Positions 38,535 through 50,421 of a stretch of 64,000 nucleotides of DNA are shown here, one piece after another. This stretch comes from Pirellulales bacterium (GTDB lineage Bacteria; Planctomycetota; Planctomycetia; Pirellulales; PALSA-1355): positions 576,001 through 640,000 of the forward strand of contig CAVTBU010000005.1 in NCBI GenBank assembly GCA_963733035.1, in the 5' to 3' direction. The number at the start of each line of letters is the position of its first letter. Within the stretch, counting starts at the first letter, position 1. The notes under the pieces are model-generated. The model was not told the origin of the DNA. It worked only from the letters and a program-made list of their open reading frames with translations, and searched no databases. Made by a program: the position numbers and the translations under genes.

Positions 38535-41089
38535 GCCGACGCACGCGGAGGCAATTCGTTCGCGAGAGCGCCGCCCTGACGACCAGCTTGGCGGTTGCGG
38601 CACATGGAACTGCCCGCGGCGCGGCACCGTCGGCAGCGAGATTTGCCAGTCGCTGGAACCAGACGGCTGATCGCGTCTGGATCGGCCCCGAGTACTGGGC
38701 GAATCCGCTCCAGGACTGGCGCGTGGCCGGTGGACGGCTTGAGTGTACGAAGGCGGCACCTGACCGACACGTACATATGCTTACCTACGCGCTTGCGAAT
38801 GCGGCTGGATCGTTGACCACTTCCATTCGCATTGGACGTTTGTCTGGTGACTTGGGGGGTGGGCCAGGTTCGGCAGGTTTTCGCGTCGGCATCACGGGCG
38901 CACTGGATGACTACCGGCATGCTTTGCTCTTTGGCCGCGGAATCGATGCCGGCATCACCGGCTCGGGCAAGCTATTTGTTGGCGACCCTTTGGCGGACGA
39001 CGCCGTCGATGTGGCACTGGCAATTCCGGAAGTCGAGTTGCGACTGGCCGCCGAGCCCGACAGAGCAAGCTACATCCTATTGCTCGAAGCCGTTGATCCG
39101 CGCTCCGGCATGTCGCTTGGCATCGTGCGACGCAAGATGCCAGCAAATCGCCTGGTTGGTCACCTGGCGGTGGTGGCCAACTATGGCTCGCCGCAAAACG
39201 GTCGCCGTCGACACCCGAAGGCCTCGCCCGGACTCGGCAGCGGCCAGTTTTGGTTTGCTGACTGGAAAGCCGTTGGTTCCAAACTTGTGGCGCACCCTCG
39301 ACGCGCTTTTGGTCCGATCCTGTTCAGCCAATACACGGTCTCGCACGGCATTCTCAAACTATCGGCACAAATGCCGCCGATTGGGCCGCATGATTCGCAA
39401 ACCGTGCGTTTGGAAGCGATGCGCGACGGCAACTGGATGCTGCTTGGCGAAAGCACCATTCATCCCGAGGCCCGCACGGCGACGTTCCGTGTCGAAGGTT
39501 GGGACGCGAGCACTGAGGTCCCGTATCGACTGCTTTATGCGCTTGTGAGCAGCGACGGAACGAGTATCGATCACGAGTGGTCAGGGATCGTGCGCCGCGA
39601 TCCTGCCGATGAGGACGTGCTGACCGTGGCCGACGTCTCGTGCAATGGCCACATGGCGTTCCCAAACGCCGAGTACGTCCAGCACATGGCGCGGCTCAAT
39701 CCCGATCTGTTGGCGTTCACGGGCGATCAGTTTTACGAATCGAGCGGTGGGTATGGCGTGCAGCGGGGACCGGTCGAAATGGCGATTCTCGACCTGTTGC
39801 GCAAATGGTATTTGCACGGTTGGACGTGGCGTGAGCTGATGCGCGATCGGCCAAGTATTTCAATTCCCGATGACCACGACGTCTATCAGGGAAACATTTG
39901 GGGAGAAGGGGGCGCGCCGCGGCACGGCACGCAGGAGATGGGTGGCTACGACATGCCGCCCGAGTGGGTTAATGTCGTGCATCGCACGCAGACGTCGCAT
40001 CATCCCGATCCATTTGATCCGTCACCCGGCAAGCGGGGCATCAGCGTGTACTTCGGCCCGCTGGTCTATGGCGGCGTGAGCTTCGCCATCCTGGCCGACC
40101 GCCAGTTCAAGTCGGGACCCGAAGGCAAGGTGCCACCGACCGGCAATCGGGGCGATCACGTTGTCGACCCCGATTTTGATCCGAAATCGGCCGATCTGCC
40201 GGGTCTGGTATTGCTCGGCGAGCGGCAGATGCAATTCCTGCACGAGTGGGTGAAGGACTGGCGCAGCGCGCGGATGAAGGCCGTCATCTCCCAAACGATC
40301 TTCACTGCCATGGCCACCACCCACGGTGCCAACCGCGAGGTGTTGCGGGCAGACTACGATGCCAACGGCTGGCCGCAAACTCCTCGCAATGAGGCGCTCC
40401 GTGAAATTCGCAAGGCTCTGGCGTTTCACATCGCCGGAGATCAGCATCTGCCGGCCGTCATACGCTATGGCATCGATTCGCATGGCGATGCGGGCGCGGC
40501 GCTGGCTGGTCCCGCCGTGAACAGCATCTATCCGCGTTGGTACCAGCCGCGCGGCGAGGCCATCGTTCGAGCGAACGATCGCTTGACTAATACGGGCGAT
40601 TTCATCGACCATTTTGGGCACCCACTCACGGTGCTGGCCGTCGCCAATCCCGCGCTACGATTTGAAGGTTCGTTGCTCGAGGTCGAGCGAGATAAAGCCG
40701 CTGGCCTGGCCCTGGTGCGGTTCGACAAACCGTCTCGGCAAGTAACGGTTGAGTGCTGGCCGCTGCTAGTCGATCCCCAGCAGTCAGGCACTCAGTTTCC
40801 CGGTTGGCCGGTCACAATCGATCCCGTGACCGATTGCACAAAGCAGGCCCAGGCGTGGCTGCCAACTCTAAAGATCTCCGGATCTCGCGAGCCGGTAGTA
40901 CAGATTTACGATCGGGCGGGCGAACTTGTTTACAATCTGCGGATTCCAGCAGGAGAATATCAACCTCCAGTCTTCGCCGCTGGGCAGTACTCTGTCCGTT
41001 TGCTCGATCCGGACTCTGGCCGTGAAATAAGACTGGAGCAGCTTACTGCCCGACCGACAAACGACGAAATTATCGAGGTCGTGTTATGA
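38531..41089 (+). CDS. Tat-exported PhoD-like metallophosphoesterase
   Basis: TRRQF signal; [19 protein letters not shown] and AGDQH; GTGA overlap with the sulfatase stop. Confidence 0.85.
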   Translation: MSRRTRRQFVRESAALTTSLAVAAHGTARGAAPSAARFASRWNQTADRVWIGPEYWANPLQDWRVAGGRLECTKAAPDRHVHMLTYALANAAGSLTTSIRIGRLSGDLGGGPGSAGFRVGITGALDDYRHALLFGRGIDAGITGSGKLFVGDPLADDAVDVALAIPEVELRLAAEPDRASYILLLEAVDPRSGMSLGIVRRKMPANRLVGHLAVVANYGSPQNGRRRHPKASPGLGSGQFWFADWKAVGSKLVAHPRRAFGPILFSQYTVSHGILKLSAQMPPIGPHDSQTVRLEAMRDGNWMLLGESTIHPEARTATFRVEGWDASTEVPYRLLYALVSSDGTSIDHEWSGIVRRDPADEDVLTVADVSCNGHMAFPNAEYVQHMARLNPDLLAFTGDQFYESSGGYGVQRGPVEMAILDLLRKWYLHGWTWRELMRDRPSISIPDDHDVYQGNIWGEGGAPRHGTQEMGGYDMPPEWVNVVHRTQTSHHPDPFDPSPGKRGISVYFGPLVYGGVSFAILADRQFKSGPEGKVPPTGNRGDHVVDPDFDPKSADLPGLVLLGERQMQFLHEWVKDWRSARMKAVISQTIFTAMATTHGANREVLRADYDANGWPQTPRNEALREIRKALAFHIAGDQHLPAVIRYGIDSHGDAGAALAGPAVNSIYPRWYQPRGEAIVRANDRLTNTGDFIDHFGHPLTVLAVANPALRFEGSLLEVERDKAAGLALVRFDKPSRQVTVECWPLLVDPQQSGTQFPGWPVTIDPVTDCTKQAQAWLPTLKISGSREPVVQIYDRAGELVYNLRIPAGEYQPPVFAAGQYSVRLLDPDSGREIRLEQLTARPTNDEIIEVVL

Positions 41090-42929
41090 AGCGATTGCTA
41101 CTGACGGTGCTTCTTCTGGCCGTGGCACGGCCCGCGCTGTCGGTCCATGCCGACGAGCCACGACCAAACATCGTTTGGATCACCAGCGAGGACCACGGCC
41201 CACATATGGGCTGCTATGGCGACCAATACGCCACGACACCACATGTCGATGGGTTGGCCGCCAGGGGTCTCCTCTACACCCGAGCCTGGTCGAATGCACC
41301 CGTCTGCGCACCGGCCCGCACCACGCTGATTTCTGGCTTATACGCAACGTCGACCGGTGGACAGCACATGCGCAGCATGGTTCCTTTTCCGGCCGGCAAA
41401 CAGATGTTTCCCCAAATACTGCGCGCGGCGGGCTACTATTGCACCAACAACTCGAAGGAAGATTACAACCTGACTCAGCCCGGCAAAGTATGGGATGAAT
41501 CATCTCGGAAAGCGCACTGGAAAAACCGCTCGGCTGGTCAGCCGTTCTTTGCCGTATTCAACTCCACCAAGAGCCACGAAAGTCAGATCCGCCGGCGACC
41601 GCATTCCCCCGTGCACGAACCGGCCAAGGTACGTGTGCCGCCCTATCACCCGGACACACCCGAAGTACGCCGCGACTGGGCCCAATACTACGACGTCGTG
41701 AGTCTGGCCGATGCCGATGCTGGTCAACACTTGGCCGAGCTCGAACAGGCAGGCCTTACCGACAACACCATCGTGTTCTACTTTGCCGACCACGGTTCGG
41801 GCATGCCTCGCAACAAACGATGGCCCTTCAATTTGGGCTTGCAGGTGCCGCTGGTGGTACACATTCCCGAGAAGTTCAAGGCTTTGCGCCCCGCGGACTA
41901 TGCCCCTGGCGGCAAGACGGATCGACTCGTTAGCTTTGTTGATTTTGCGCCACGGTGCTCAGTCTCGCTAGTATCAAACCACCGGATTGGATGCAAGGTT
42001 ACGCGTTTCTAGGCGAACATGCCGCGCCGCCGCGGCCGTACATTTACGGCTTTCGCGGACGGATGGACGAAAAGATCGACATGGTGCGCAGCGTCACCGA
42101 TGGCCGGTACGTGTACGTGCGAAACTACATGCCTCAGCGGATTTACGGTCAGTATCTGGCCTACATGTTTGAAACGCCTACGACGCAAGTCTGGCACCAG
42201 TTGCACGTCGAAGGGAAGCTGACCGCCGCGCAAGATGCCTTCTGGAAACCCAAGCCGCCCGAGGAACTCTACGATCTGACGCACGACCCCGACGAGGTGC
42301 ATAACATCGCCGATTCCACCGAGCACAGCGAAAAGCTGGCAGAACTTCGCGAAGCGCAACGCAACCTGGCACTCAGAATCCGCGACGTTGGCTTTCTGCC
42401 CGAGGGTGAGATTCACAGCCGCAGTCAGGGCACAACGCCGTACGACATGGCCCGCGAGCCGGAGAAATATCCACTCGAGCGGATTCTGCCCGTCGCCGAA
42501 GCGGCATCCGGATTGGATCCGAAAAACGCGCCCGAGTTGGTGAAGGCGTTTGAAGACCAAGACAGCGCGGTCCGGTATTGGGCAGCATTGGGATTGCTGA
42601 TGCGCGGCAGGGCCGGAGTGCAAACGGGGCATGGTACGCTGATTTCCGCCTTGGCGGATCCATCGCCCTACGTGCGTGTGACGGCCGCCGAAGCGCTAAC
42701 AAGGTTCGGGGAACCCGCCGATCGAAACTTGGCGGTGCGGGTTCTGGCAGACCATGCCGACTGGAGTCAGCATGAGGTATTCACCGCGATCATGGCGCTC
42801 AATGCTCTGGAGCAACTAGGCGATGAAGCGGAACCACTCAAGGCTGAGTTGCGGAACCAACCAGCTGGGGACGCTCCGCACCAGCGCTATCAAGGGTATG
42901 TGAGCAGATTGCTGAAACCCAACGACTGA
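41086..42929 (+). CDS. Secreted S1 sulfatase with C-terminal HEAT-like repeats; frameshift near 41951
   Basis: [18 protein letters not shown] and DHG. VDFAP|TVLSLA joins the two frames; C-terminal DSAVRYWAA and [11 protein letters not shown]. Confidence 0.88.
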
Positions 42930-42972
42930 GAAACCACCACTATCCTCGGATCTGACGCATACGAGGCCCAAC

Positions 42973-43404
42973 ATGGACGAACACCGCATTGCCACGGTTG
43001 AACCGATTTCCGAAGATCAGGCCACCGGTAAAGTGGCCGAGATCTATGCCGATATCAAACGAACGAAGAATATTGATTTTGTGCCCAATATGTGGCGCGT
43101 GCTGGCCACCAACCCGATCCAACTGGAATTGGTTTGGACAACACTCAAGTCACTTATGCATCCCGAGGCAGTCGGACGCCAGCCGGCGCTCGACGGGGCA
43201 ACTCGTGAGATGATCGCATTGGCTGTATCGGCAACGAACGGTTGCTCGTATTGTGTAAACTCCCACACGGCCGCGCTGCGCAAGCAAGGCCTGTCCACCG
43301 AAGCAATCGGCGAAGTGCTGGCCATCGCTAGCTTGTTTAACATGACCAACGCTCTGGCCGACGGCTACCAGATTGAGCCAGACGTACTACCGCCGCTCCA
43401 ATAA
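42973..43404 (+). CDS. Carboxymuconolactone decarboxylase/AhpD-like protein
   Basis: REMIALAVSATNGCSYCVNSH. Confidence 0.9.
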   Translation: MDEHRIATVEPISEDQATGKVAEIYADIKRTKNIDFVPNMWRVLATNPIQLELVWTTLKSLMHPEAVGRQPALDGATREMIALAVSATNGCSYCVNSHTAALRKQGLSTEAIGEVLAIASLFNMTNALADGYQIEPDVLPPLQ

Positions 43405-43441
43405 CGGACATCGAAGGTGGAAACCGGGTGCCGGTGAATTG

Positions 43442-44594
43442 CTAGGGAGACTGCGACGGTGATTTGTCCGCGGACGCTTGTTCCGGATCGTCGTGACGCA
43501 GCATCACGGTGCGATGCGGGAAGGGAATTTCGATTCCCAATTCGTCAAAGCGATGCTTGATGCGTCGCAGATACTCGCGCTTGACGGCCCATTGCTTGAG
43601 CGGCTCGGTCTTGATAATCATCTTGATGGACACGGCCGAATCACCCAATGCGTCGACGCCCAACAGTTCAGCATCTTCGAGAAGGAATTCTCGGAACTTC
43701 TCGTCCCGGCGCATTTCGCCAGCGACGGCAAGCATGACCTCCGCGACGCGATCGGTGTCTTCTTTATAGGCGACGCCGACCTCAATTAGCGCGCGACCAT
43801 GTGTGTGTCATGTTGCTGACGGTTGTTATCGTTCCGTGCGGGATGAAATGCGCGGTACCTTCCAGGTCGCGAAGCACGGTCATCCGCAAAGTAATCTGCT
43901 CGACAGCGCCGGATATGTCGCCGATCTTGACGACGTCATTAACTCCGTACTGGTCCTCGAGCAACACCATGAAACCGGAAAAGTAGTCCTTGATCAGATT
44001 CTGGGAGCCGAAAGCGACTGCCAAGCCGAGCACGGCGGCACCTCCCATCAGCGGTACGATGGAAATCCCCAACTGTTCCAAGACCATCAGCGCGCCTCCG
44101 CCCAGCACCACCAGCGACGCGATATTTTGAAACACGCCAACCAGAGTCACCGCGCGATTCTCGCGCTCGCGTACCGAGCCGCGTCGGCCGCCGCGGGCAA
44201 CCACTTTGACCAGGTGTTTGCCGCTACGCTGAATGACGACGTAGACCGCGAGCGTGGCTACCAGAATCCCCACGATCCGCAGGATGTCTTCGGTGGTCGG
44301 ACCATGATTCTTGGCCCACTCCCACATCTGGGCAAACGTAAGTCGATCGCCGGTCTGTTTTTGGTTCGCGCCGCCAAGCGCTGCTTCGTCGTTAGCCTGT
44401 TTCTGCTTCGTTGCGGCCGCGTCCGCATCGACCTGCGCGGCGTCGCGCTTCGCTTCCTGCTTGGCCAGCGTGGGCAACCCGATCTCGGGTCCAACTTGAC
44501 CGCTATATGCAGGGCTCGCGACTAGCGCAACAGCGAGTCCGCAACAAATAAGGCGTCTAGTGGTGAAAAGATAGCCATCCATAAGCTGACTCAT
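43442..44594 (-). CDS. Small-conductance mechanosensitive channel (MscS/YbiO-like); frameshift near 43795
   Basis: GLAVAFGSQNLIKDYFSG, GAVEQITLR and NMTHTWSRA|LIEVGVAY..GIEIPFP. Confidence 0.88.
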
Positions 44595-45243
44595 AGCGTT
44601 CCAGATTGATCGCCCATGTACCAGTTGACCATGGCAGGCCAACAGCCCGGTGCGTGTGAACTGCCGCGTGTCGTTGCAACGATTGACCCGCAGCGCGGCC
44701 AGTATAAGAAGATCGGAGATAGGTGTCAGGGTGGATTTCGCACGACGGAAGGGGCTCCGTAAGCCTCTGCGGTAGAGTCACTTAAACCAACTTAGTGACG
44801 TGCGGCATGCTTCGTTTCCGTGCGGCACTCCGTGCCGTAGCAAACAACAGGGTAACCATGATGAACTTAGCGCCGAGGTCAGCATGCAACGCCAATGACA
44901 ACAGCACGTCACTGTGAGAACCTGGTTACGAGGCAACCTCCGCGCTGCTACGACTGCCAATGATGCGCGGCACAGTCGCCACCGCCTGGAAAAGGAGTGC
45001 TGGTTCAGATGAGGGGTATGCGGACGCAGCCAACCAAATTCCACTGGCAATCGAGCCAGCGAATCCGTTACATTCGAAGAATCAGATGAGGGGCGGCGGC
45101 ACGCCTGACCTAATCTCTCCAGGCCCGGGCGGCTAGAGCGGAACAGAGTATTGGTGTTCGCGGACACCAGCTTTCTTCGTGCCGTTCTCTTTGGGGGCAA
45201 AACTCTTTTCTCATCGCGCCATTGTTGCGCGACTAATACGACC

Positions 45244-47959
45244 ATGAACTCCGAGCCTAGCTTGTTTTGGCGGCGCAAGGGAGCACGTCCCACCGCGCGG
45301 CAGTGTCACTCCGAAGACCTCGAATCGCGTATTGCACTGACTGCGACGGCGGTTGCGCCATCGGCGACGGACGACCTCGCCCGACCGTTGGCCGCGGATA
45401 TGAGCCAGGACGGCGTAACGATCACGGCGACCGAGATCCGCACGGCCATGGACATCATTCCGCGTTTTGCGGCCAATCCCACGATCACCGCGATTCGCAG
45501 TGGCAATTGGAACGACCCGTCGATGTGGTCTGCGGGGCGACTACCTGGCGCCGGCGACCGCATTTCGATCGGCGCAGGTCGAACTGTTTTCTATGCTGCG
45601 CAGAGCAATACCAAGCTCGACAGTCTCGAGATTAGCGGATCGCTGATTTTCAGTACGACCACGAATACGCGCATGGTGATCGCCAATATTACCGTGATGC
45701 CGGGCGGTTTGCTGCAGATCGGCAGCACCATATCGCCCGTCAGCGCGGGCGTAACGGCCGAACTGGTCATCGCCGACAAACCAATTGATCTGGCCAACGA
45801 TCCGCGTCAATTTGGCACGGGGTTGATCGGCCTGGGCACCGTGCGCATTCAAGGGGCGGCGCTCAGTGAGACGTGGCAGCAACTCGCCGCCGAACCGCTG
45901 GCCGGCTCGAAACTCCTGCTGCTATCCGACGCTTCCTCCGACTGGAAACCCGGCGATACGCTCGTGCTTCCCGACTCGCGACAGGTACCTGCATCGCAGG
46001 CAGACAGTTTCGCGAACGGACCGCTGCCCGGGCAATGGGAGGAGGTCGTAATCGATCGGGTCGTCGGCAATGTCGTGCTGCTGAAGGATCCGCTCAAATA
46101 CGATCACCTTGGTGCCCGCGATATGACTGGGCAACTACAACTCATGCCACACGTGGCCTTGCTTAACCGCAACATCATTATCCGCTCTGAAAACCCCAAC
46201 GGAACGCGAGGGCACACTCTGTTTACCGCCCGGGCCGACGTGAACATTGAATATGCCCGCTTCCTCGATTTAGGACGAACCGACGCGTTTCAGCCTCTGG
46301 ACAATACCACGTTCGACGCCAACGGCAACGTCACGCACTACGGCACGAACCAGATTGCCCGCTATGCCGTGCATTTCCATCACTTGATGGGCCCTGTAAA
46401 TGCCACAAACACCGGCTATCAGTTCCAGCTCGTTGGCAATACGATCGAAAATTCGCGCAAATGGGCCGTCGACGTGCATGGAACCAGCTTCGGCCTGGTC
46501 GAGGGAAATGTCGTCTATGGCGCAAGGCGCCGGCTACGTCACGGAAGCAGGATCAGAAATCGGCAATATCTTTCGCGATAACATCGCGATACGCGTGCTC
46601 GGGACGCGCCAAGATGGAAAGTCTGGCACCGATGTGGGCGACTACGGCCGGGGAGGTTCAGGCTTCTGGTTTCGTCGTGGCGGCAATACGATCGTCGGAA
46701 ACGTAGCGGTCGACACATCGTATGCCGGTTTTGTATTTGACGGCTATAACCTGGACGCACCGAACCTGCCCCTGTTTCGCGGCGCAAACGTTCGCGATCC
46801 CGCGCAGAGGGTAGCCGGAGACCTGGTTCCCAGCACGCTGTTCCTCAACAATACAACCTACGGTTGGACGAACTTCGGACTTTGGGCCGCGTACACCTCG
46901 GGCGACGATTTGCTTGCGAACCAGCCCATCACGCTCGTTTACAACTTCCGGGCCTGGAATGTCATGACGGGCGTGTGGGCGTACCACACCAGCAAACTCA
47001 CGTTCGACCACGTGCTCATTCTGGGAGACTTGAAAGCGCGCGACCGCAACGACAGCGGCGCGGTGGGAATGGACTTCGAACCGTACGAAAACTACGACGT
47101 CGTTATCCGCAACTCGCGAATCGAGGGCATGTATCTTGGCATCATCGCCCCCACCGACGACGCCACGCAGGCCGGAGTTGAACGCCCAACGGAGATCTCA
47201 ACGTCGACATTGAAAAACTATATCAACATTGTTGTGCAACCCGGGCACGACACCATGCCGTCATACGGTAATGTGCTGGAGGTGCGCAACGTTAAGTTCC
47301 AGCTGGTCACTCAGCTTCCCGACGGCCCTTATCCGCTCAGTGCAATTCATCCACCCGCCAATATCTGGATGCGCGTTCACGGGGACAACTTGGACTACAC
47401 GCACACGAGCATCGTCCGCGTATACGACTACAACCAGGTGCCAGGAGATAATTTTCAGGTATTCTATCGAGAACAAAATGCGGGGTACGTGCTGCCGCAA
47501 ACCGATATGACGCTGTTGGGGAGCCGCAACTGGGGCGATGTGGGTTCTCCCGAGGCCGGGCTCACGAACGCTCAGAACTGGACCAAGTATGGAATCGCGC
47601 TGGCGGGGACAATTGCGCCGGCCGGCGCCAAAGCGTCCCGCCCTGAGATCAACGGGTTAGTGGCGCCAATTCAGCAGACTCCGGCCGTTCCACGGGTGGT
47701 GTTGGTCACGCCCTGGAACAACGCGGTGGTCACGACTTCCTATCTCCGTGTGAGGTACAACGTAATCGGCGCGCTGGCTGCGAACGAGCACGTCTACGTT
47801 CAACTCGATGAAGGAGCGCCGATCACGAACTATATCGACGGCGGCTTCTTCAACCTCTCGCCAGGCAACCACACTGTTCTGGCCTACATCGGCGACGCCG
47901 ACGGCACTCGCCTGCCGAACACCTCGGTAGCCGTCAGTGGCTTTCGCGTTTCTTACTAA
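45244..47959 (+). CDS. Extracellular G8-domain and parallel beta-helix protein; frameshift near 46520
   Basis: N-terminal EDLESRIAL motif, G8 start SGNWNDPSMWSAGRLPGAGD, LLNRNIIIRS, RGHT, RYAVHFH, VHGT and GSGFW. YG|AQGAG joins the frames. Confidence 0.82.
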
Positions 47960-48140
47960 CTTCCGCGCGGACCATGGCAAATATGTTTTGCGGTCCCGTA
48001 ATTACCATGCAGGCCGCCTATTCCGCGTGCGTGCCTGGCGGCGCCTGGTTATATTTGAGGTAACCGTTGGAGCGCATCGCTTGCCGACGCGCGTGCGATA
48101 GTGCCAGTGCGTGTTCGTTCTCGGTTCTGGAGATCCTCCG

Positions 48141-49043
48141 ATGTTCCGGCGTGGGCAAATCTTCTTCCAACTGTTGTCGGCCGCATGCTTTTTCGGAGGC
48201 AGTCATGCCCAGTCGAACGCCGTCGAACCCGCGCACTTTCATCATGTGCAGCTCAACGTCACAAACCCAAAGGAATCGATCGAGTTTTATAGCCGCGTGT
48301 TTGGTGCCACGCCCGTCAAGTTTCGCGGAGTCTCCGACGCGCTGTTTACCGAACGGTCATTCCTACTGCTCAACAAGGTGGAACAGCCGCCCGCGAGTAA
48401 ATTGAACACCGGCATCTGGCACATTGGCTGGGGTGGCGTGGACGTGAAACATGAATACGAGTGGTGGAAGCGCCACGACGTGACCATTCATACACCGCTC
48501 TCTCCGCTACCAGGCCGCGACAACTTCTATATGTATATTAGCGGTCCGGATCAGGAACTCATCGAAATCAATACCATGGGGCACCATCGTTTCGCCCATG
48601 TGCACTTCTTTTGCGACGATGTGAACGAGACCACCGACTGGTACGCCAAGCACTTGGGACTCAAGCCCCGACTGGCGCACCGTCCAAAACCGAAAGGGAA
48701 CATGGAAACGTTGGCCGACATCTGGATCAACGTTATCCAATGCGACAACGTCACGATGATCTTCTTCGGCAAACCCGACGTTTCACCTTCGCCACCGTGG
48801 TGGCCTGACGACCCGCTTCGAGAAATCCAGCCCACAAGGAATCGCCCCATCGACCGCGTCGGCTTTTCCTACCGAGACATTCAGCCGGTCTACAACCGCA
48901 TGCAGACGGCCGGCGCGAAGATCATCGAGCCCATTACCGAGAAGGAACAATATAAGCTCAAAAGCTTCCTGGTCGAGGGCCCCGACAAAGTGACGATTGA
49001 AATCGTCGAAGCCAAGCCGATTCCCGAAGGCATCTGGGAATAG
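48141..49043 (+). CDS. Secreted two-domain VOC/glyoxalase family protein
   Basis: Signal peptide; HFHHVQL, IWHIGW, GPDQELIE, FAHVHF and GPDKVTIE. Confidence 0.8.
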   Translation: MFRRGQIFFQLLSAACFFGGSHAQSNAVEPAHFHHVQLNVTNPKESIEFYSRVFGATPVKFRGVSDALFTERSFLLLNKVEQPPASKLNTGIWHIGWGGVDVKHEYEWWKRHDVTIHTPLSPLPGRDNFYMYISGPDQELIEINTMGHHRFAHVHFFCDDVNETTDWYAKHLGLKPRLAHRPKPKGNMETLADIWINVIQCDNVTMIFFGKPDVSPSPPWWPDDPLREIQPTRNRPIDRVGFSYRDIQPVYNRMQTAGAKIIEPITEKEQYKLKSFLVEGPDKVTIEIVEAKPIPEGIWE

Positions 49044-49063
49044 CTCGCAAAGAGGCATCTACC

Positions 49064-50288
49064 GTGTATGACGAGTTGGCCGGCAAACTCACCGCGCTCA
49101 ATCCCCGGGACGGACAATACGCCACCCGATTCGTTGAATTGATCCTGGCCGAGGGACGACGTCGGGCGGCAAGCGACATACACCTGCAACCGACGCCCGA
49201 CGGGCTGGCGGTGCGGTTCCGCGTCGACGGTGTCTTGTCGCCCGTCGGCACGTTTCCTCCTGGCGTTGCGGCCAACGTCATAGCGCGGCTCAAAGTCCTG
49301 GCCGAACTGCTCACGTATCGTAGTGACGTGCCGCAGGAAGGACGTATCCGCGGAGCTGGAATCGACGACGATTTCGAGGTTCGAGTCAGTACTTTTCCCA
49401 CGCTGCATGGTGAGCGGGCCGTGGTCCGATTGTTCAGCGGGACTTCGCGGTTCCGTCATTTAGACGACCTGCAACTGCCCAACGAGATCCTGGGCGCTGC
49501 GCCAATTGCTGGCCGAAACGTCCGGCGCCATTCTGATCACCGGTCCGGCCGGCAGCGGCAAGACCACGACACTTTATGCCTGCCTGAACGAATTGGTCGA
49601 TCACGCCCTCGTCCCACGCAGCATCGTAACGCTCGAAGATCCCATCGAGATGGCAATCCACGGGATCTCGCAGTCGCAGGTCAACGAGACGGCCGGTTTC
49701 GATTTGGCCACGGCCGTGCGGAGCGTGCTGCGACAGGATCCAGAGGTGATCATGGTGGGCGAAATTCGCGACCGTCCCACTGCCGAGGCAGCTTTGCAAG
49801 CATCGTTGACCGGACAGCTGGTGCTCAGCTCGTTTCACGCCGGCAGTGCGGCCGCGGCAGTCCGCCGCCTGCTTGACATGGGGTTGGAACCTTACGCACT
49901 GCGCAGCGGCATACTGGCGATCCTGTTTCAGAGGCTCGTGCGCCGCCTCTGCGACTGCTCGCAACCCGCCACGGACGAGGAGTCCACACTTGGACTTTCC
50001 GTTCGGCAAGCCCACGTGGCGGTGGGTTGCCGAAAATGCGGCGGCACCGGGTATCGGGGACGGATGGTCTTGGCCGAGATGCTGCCGTTGGATGACGACG
50101 GACTGGGGCAGGCCATCCTGGCGCGAGCCGAACTCGCCACGCTGGAAGCCCACGCGCTGGCAGCCGGCATGGTCGACCGCTGGAGTCGGGCCACCGCCGC
50201 GGTGGAAAGCGGTGAGACCAGCCCGGCGGAAATCCGTCGCGTATTGGGCTTTTCCAGTCCAAAATCGGGCAGGCCGAATCGGGATTGA
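49064..50288 (+). CDS. gspE: Short GspE/PilB-family secretion ATPase (~408 aa); frameshift near 49493
   Basis: ASDIHL, RFRVDGVL, PQEGRI, GERAVVR, Walker A GPAGSGKTT, TLEDPIE, LRQDPEVIMVGEIRD and a CxC..CxxC Zn site. Confidence 0.9.
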
Positions 50289-50421
50289 GTCTGGTAATTG
50301 CGCTTGCGGGGGGACTATACTACGGGCATCCTATTCTAGCCTTGCGTGCCGCGCCGCCCCGGCGTCGAACAGAGGAGCGGCCGAACGCGTCCTGTTCGGG
50401 AGCGTTTCCGTGGCAACGAGC

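Noticed and set aside
44650..45240. 600-nt gap between mscS-like and G8 genes as a possible ncRNA or small ORF
   Set aside because: It has only short hairpins and no recognisable motif, and is adequately explained as a divergent promoter region.
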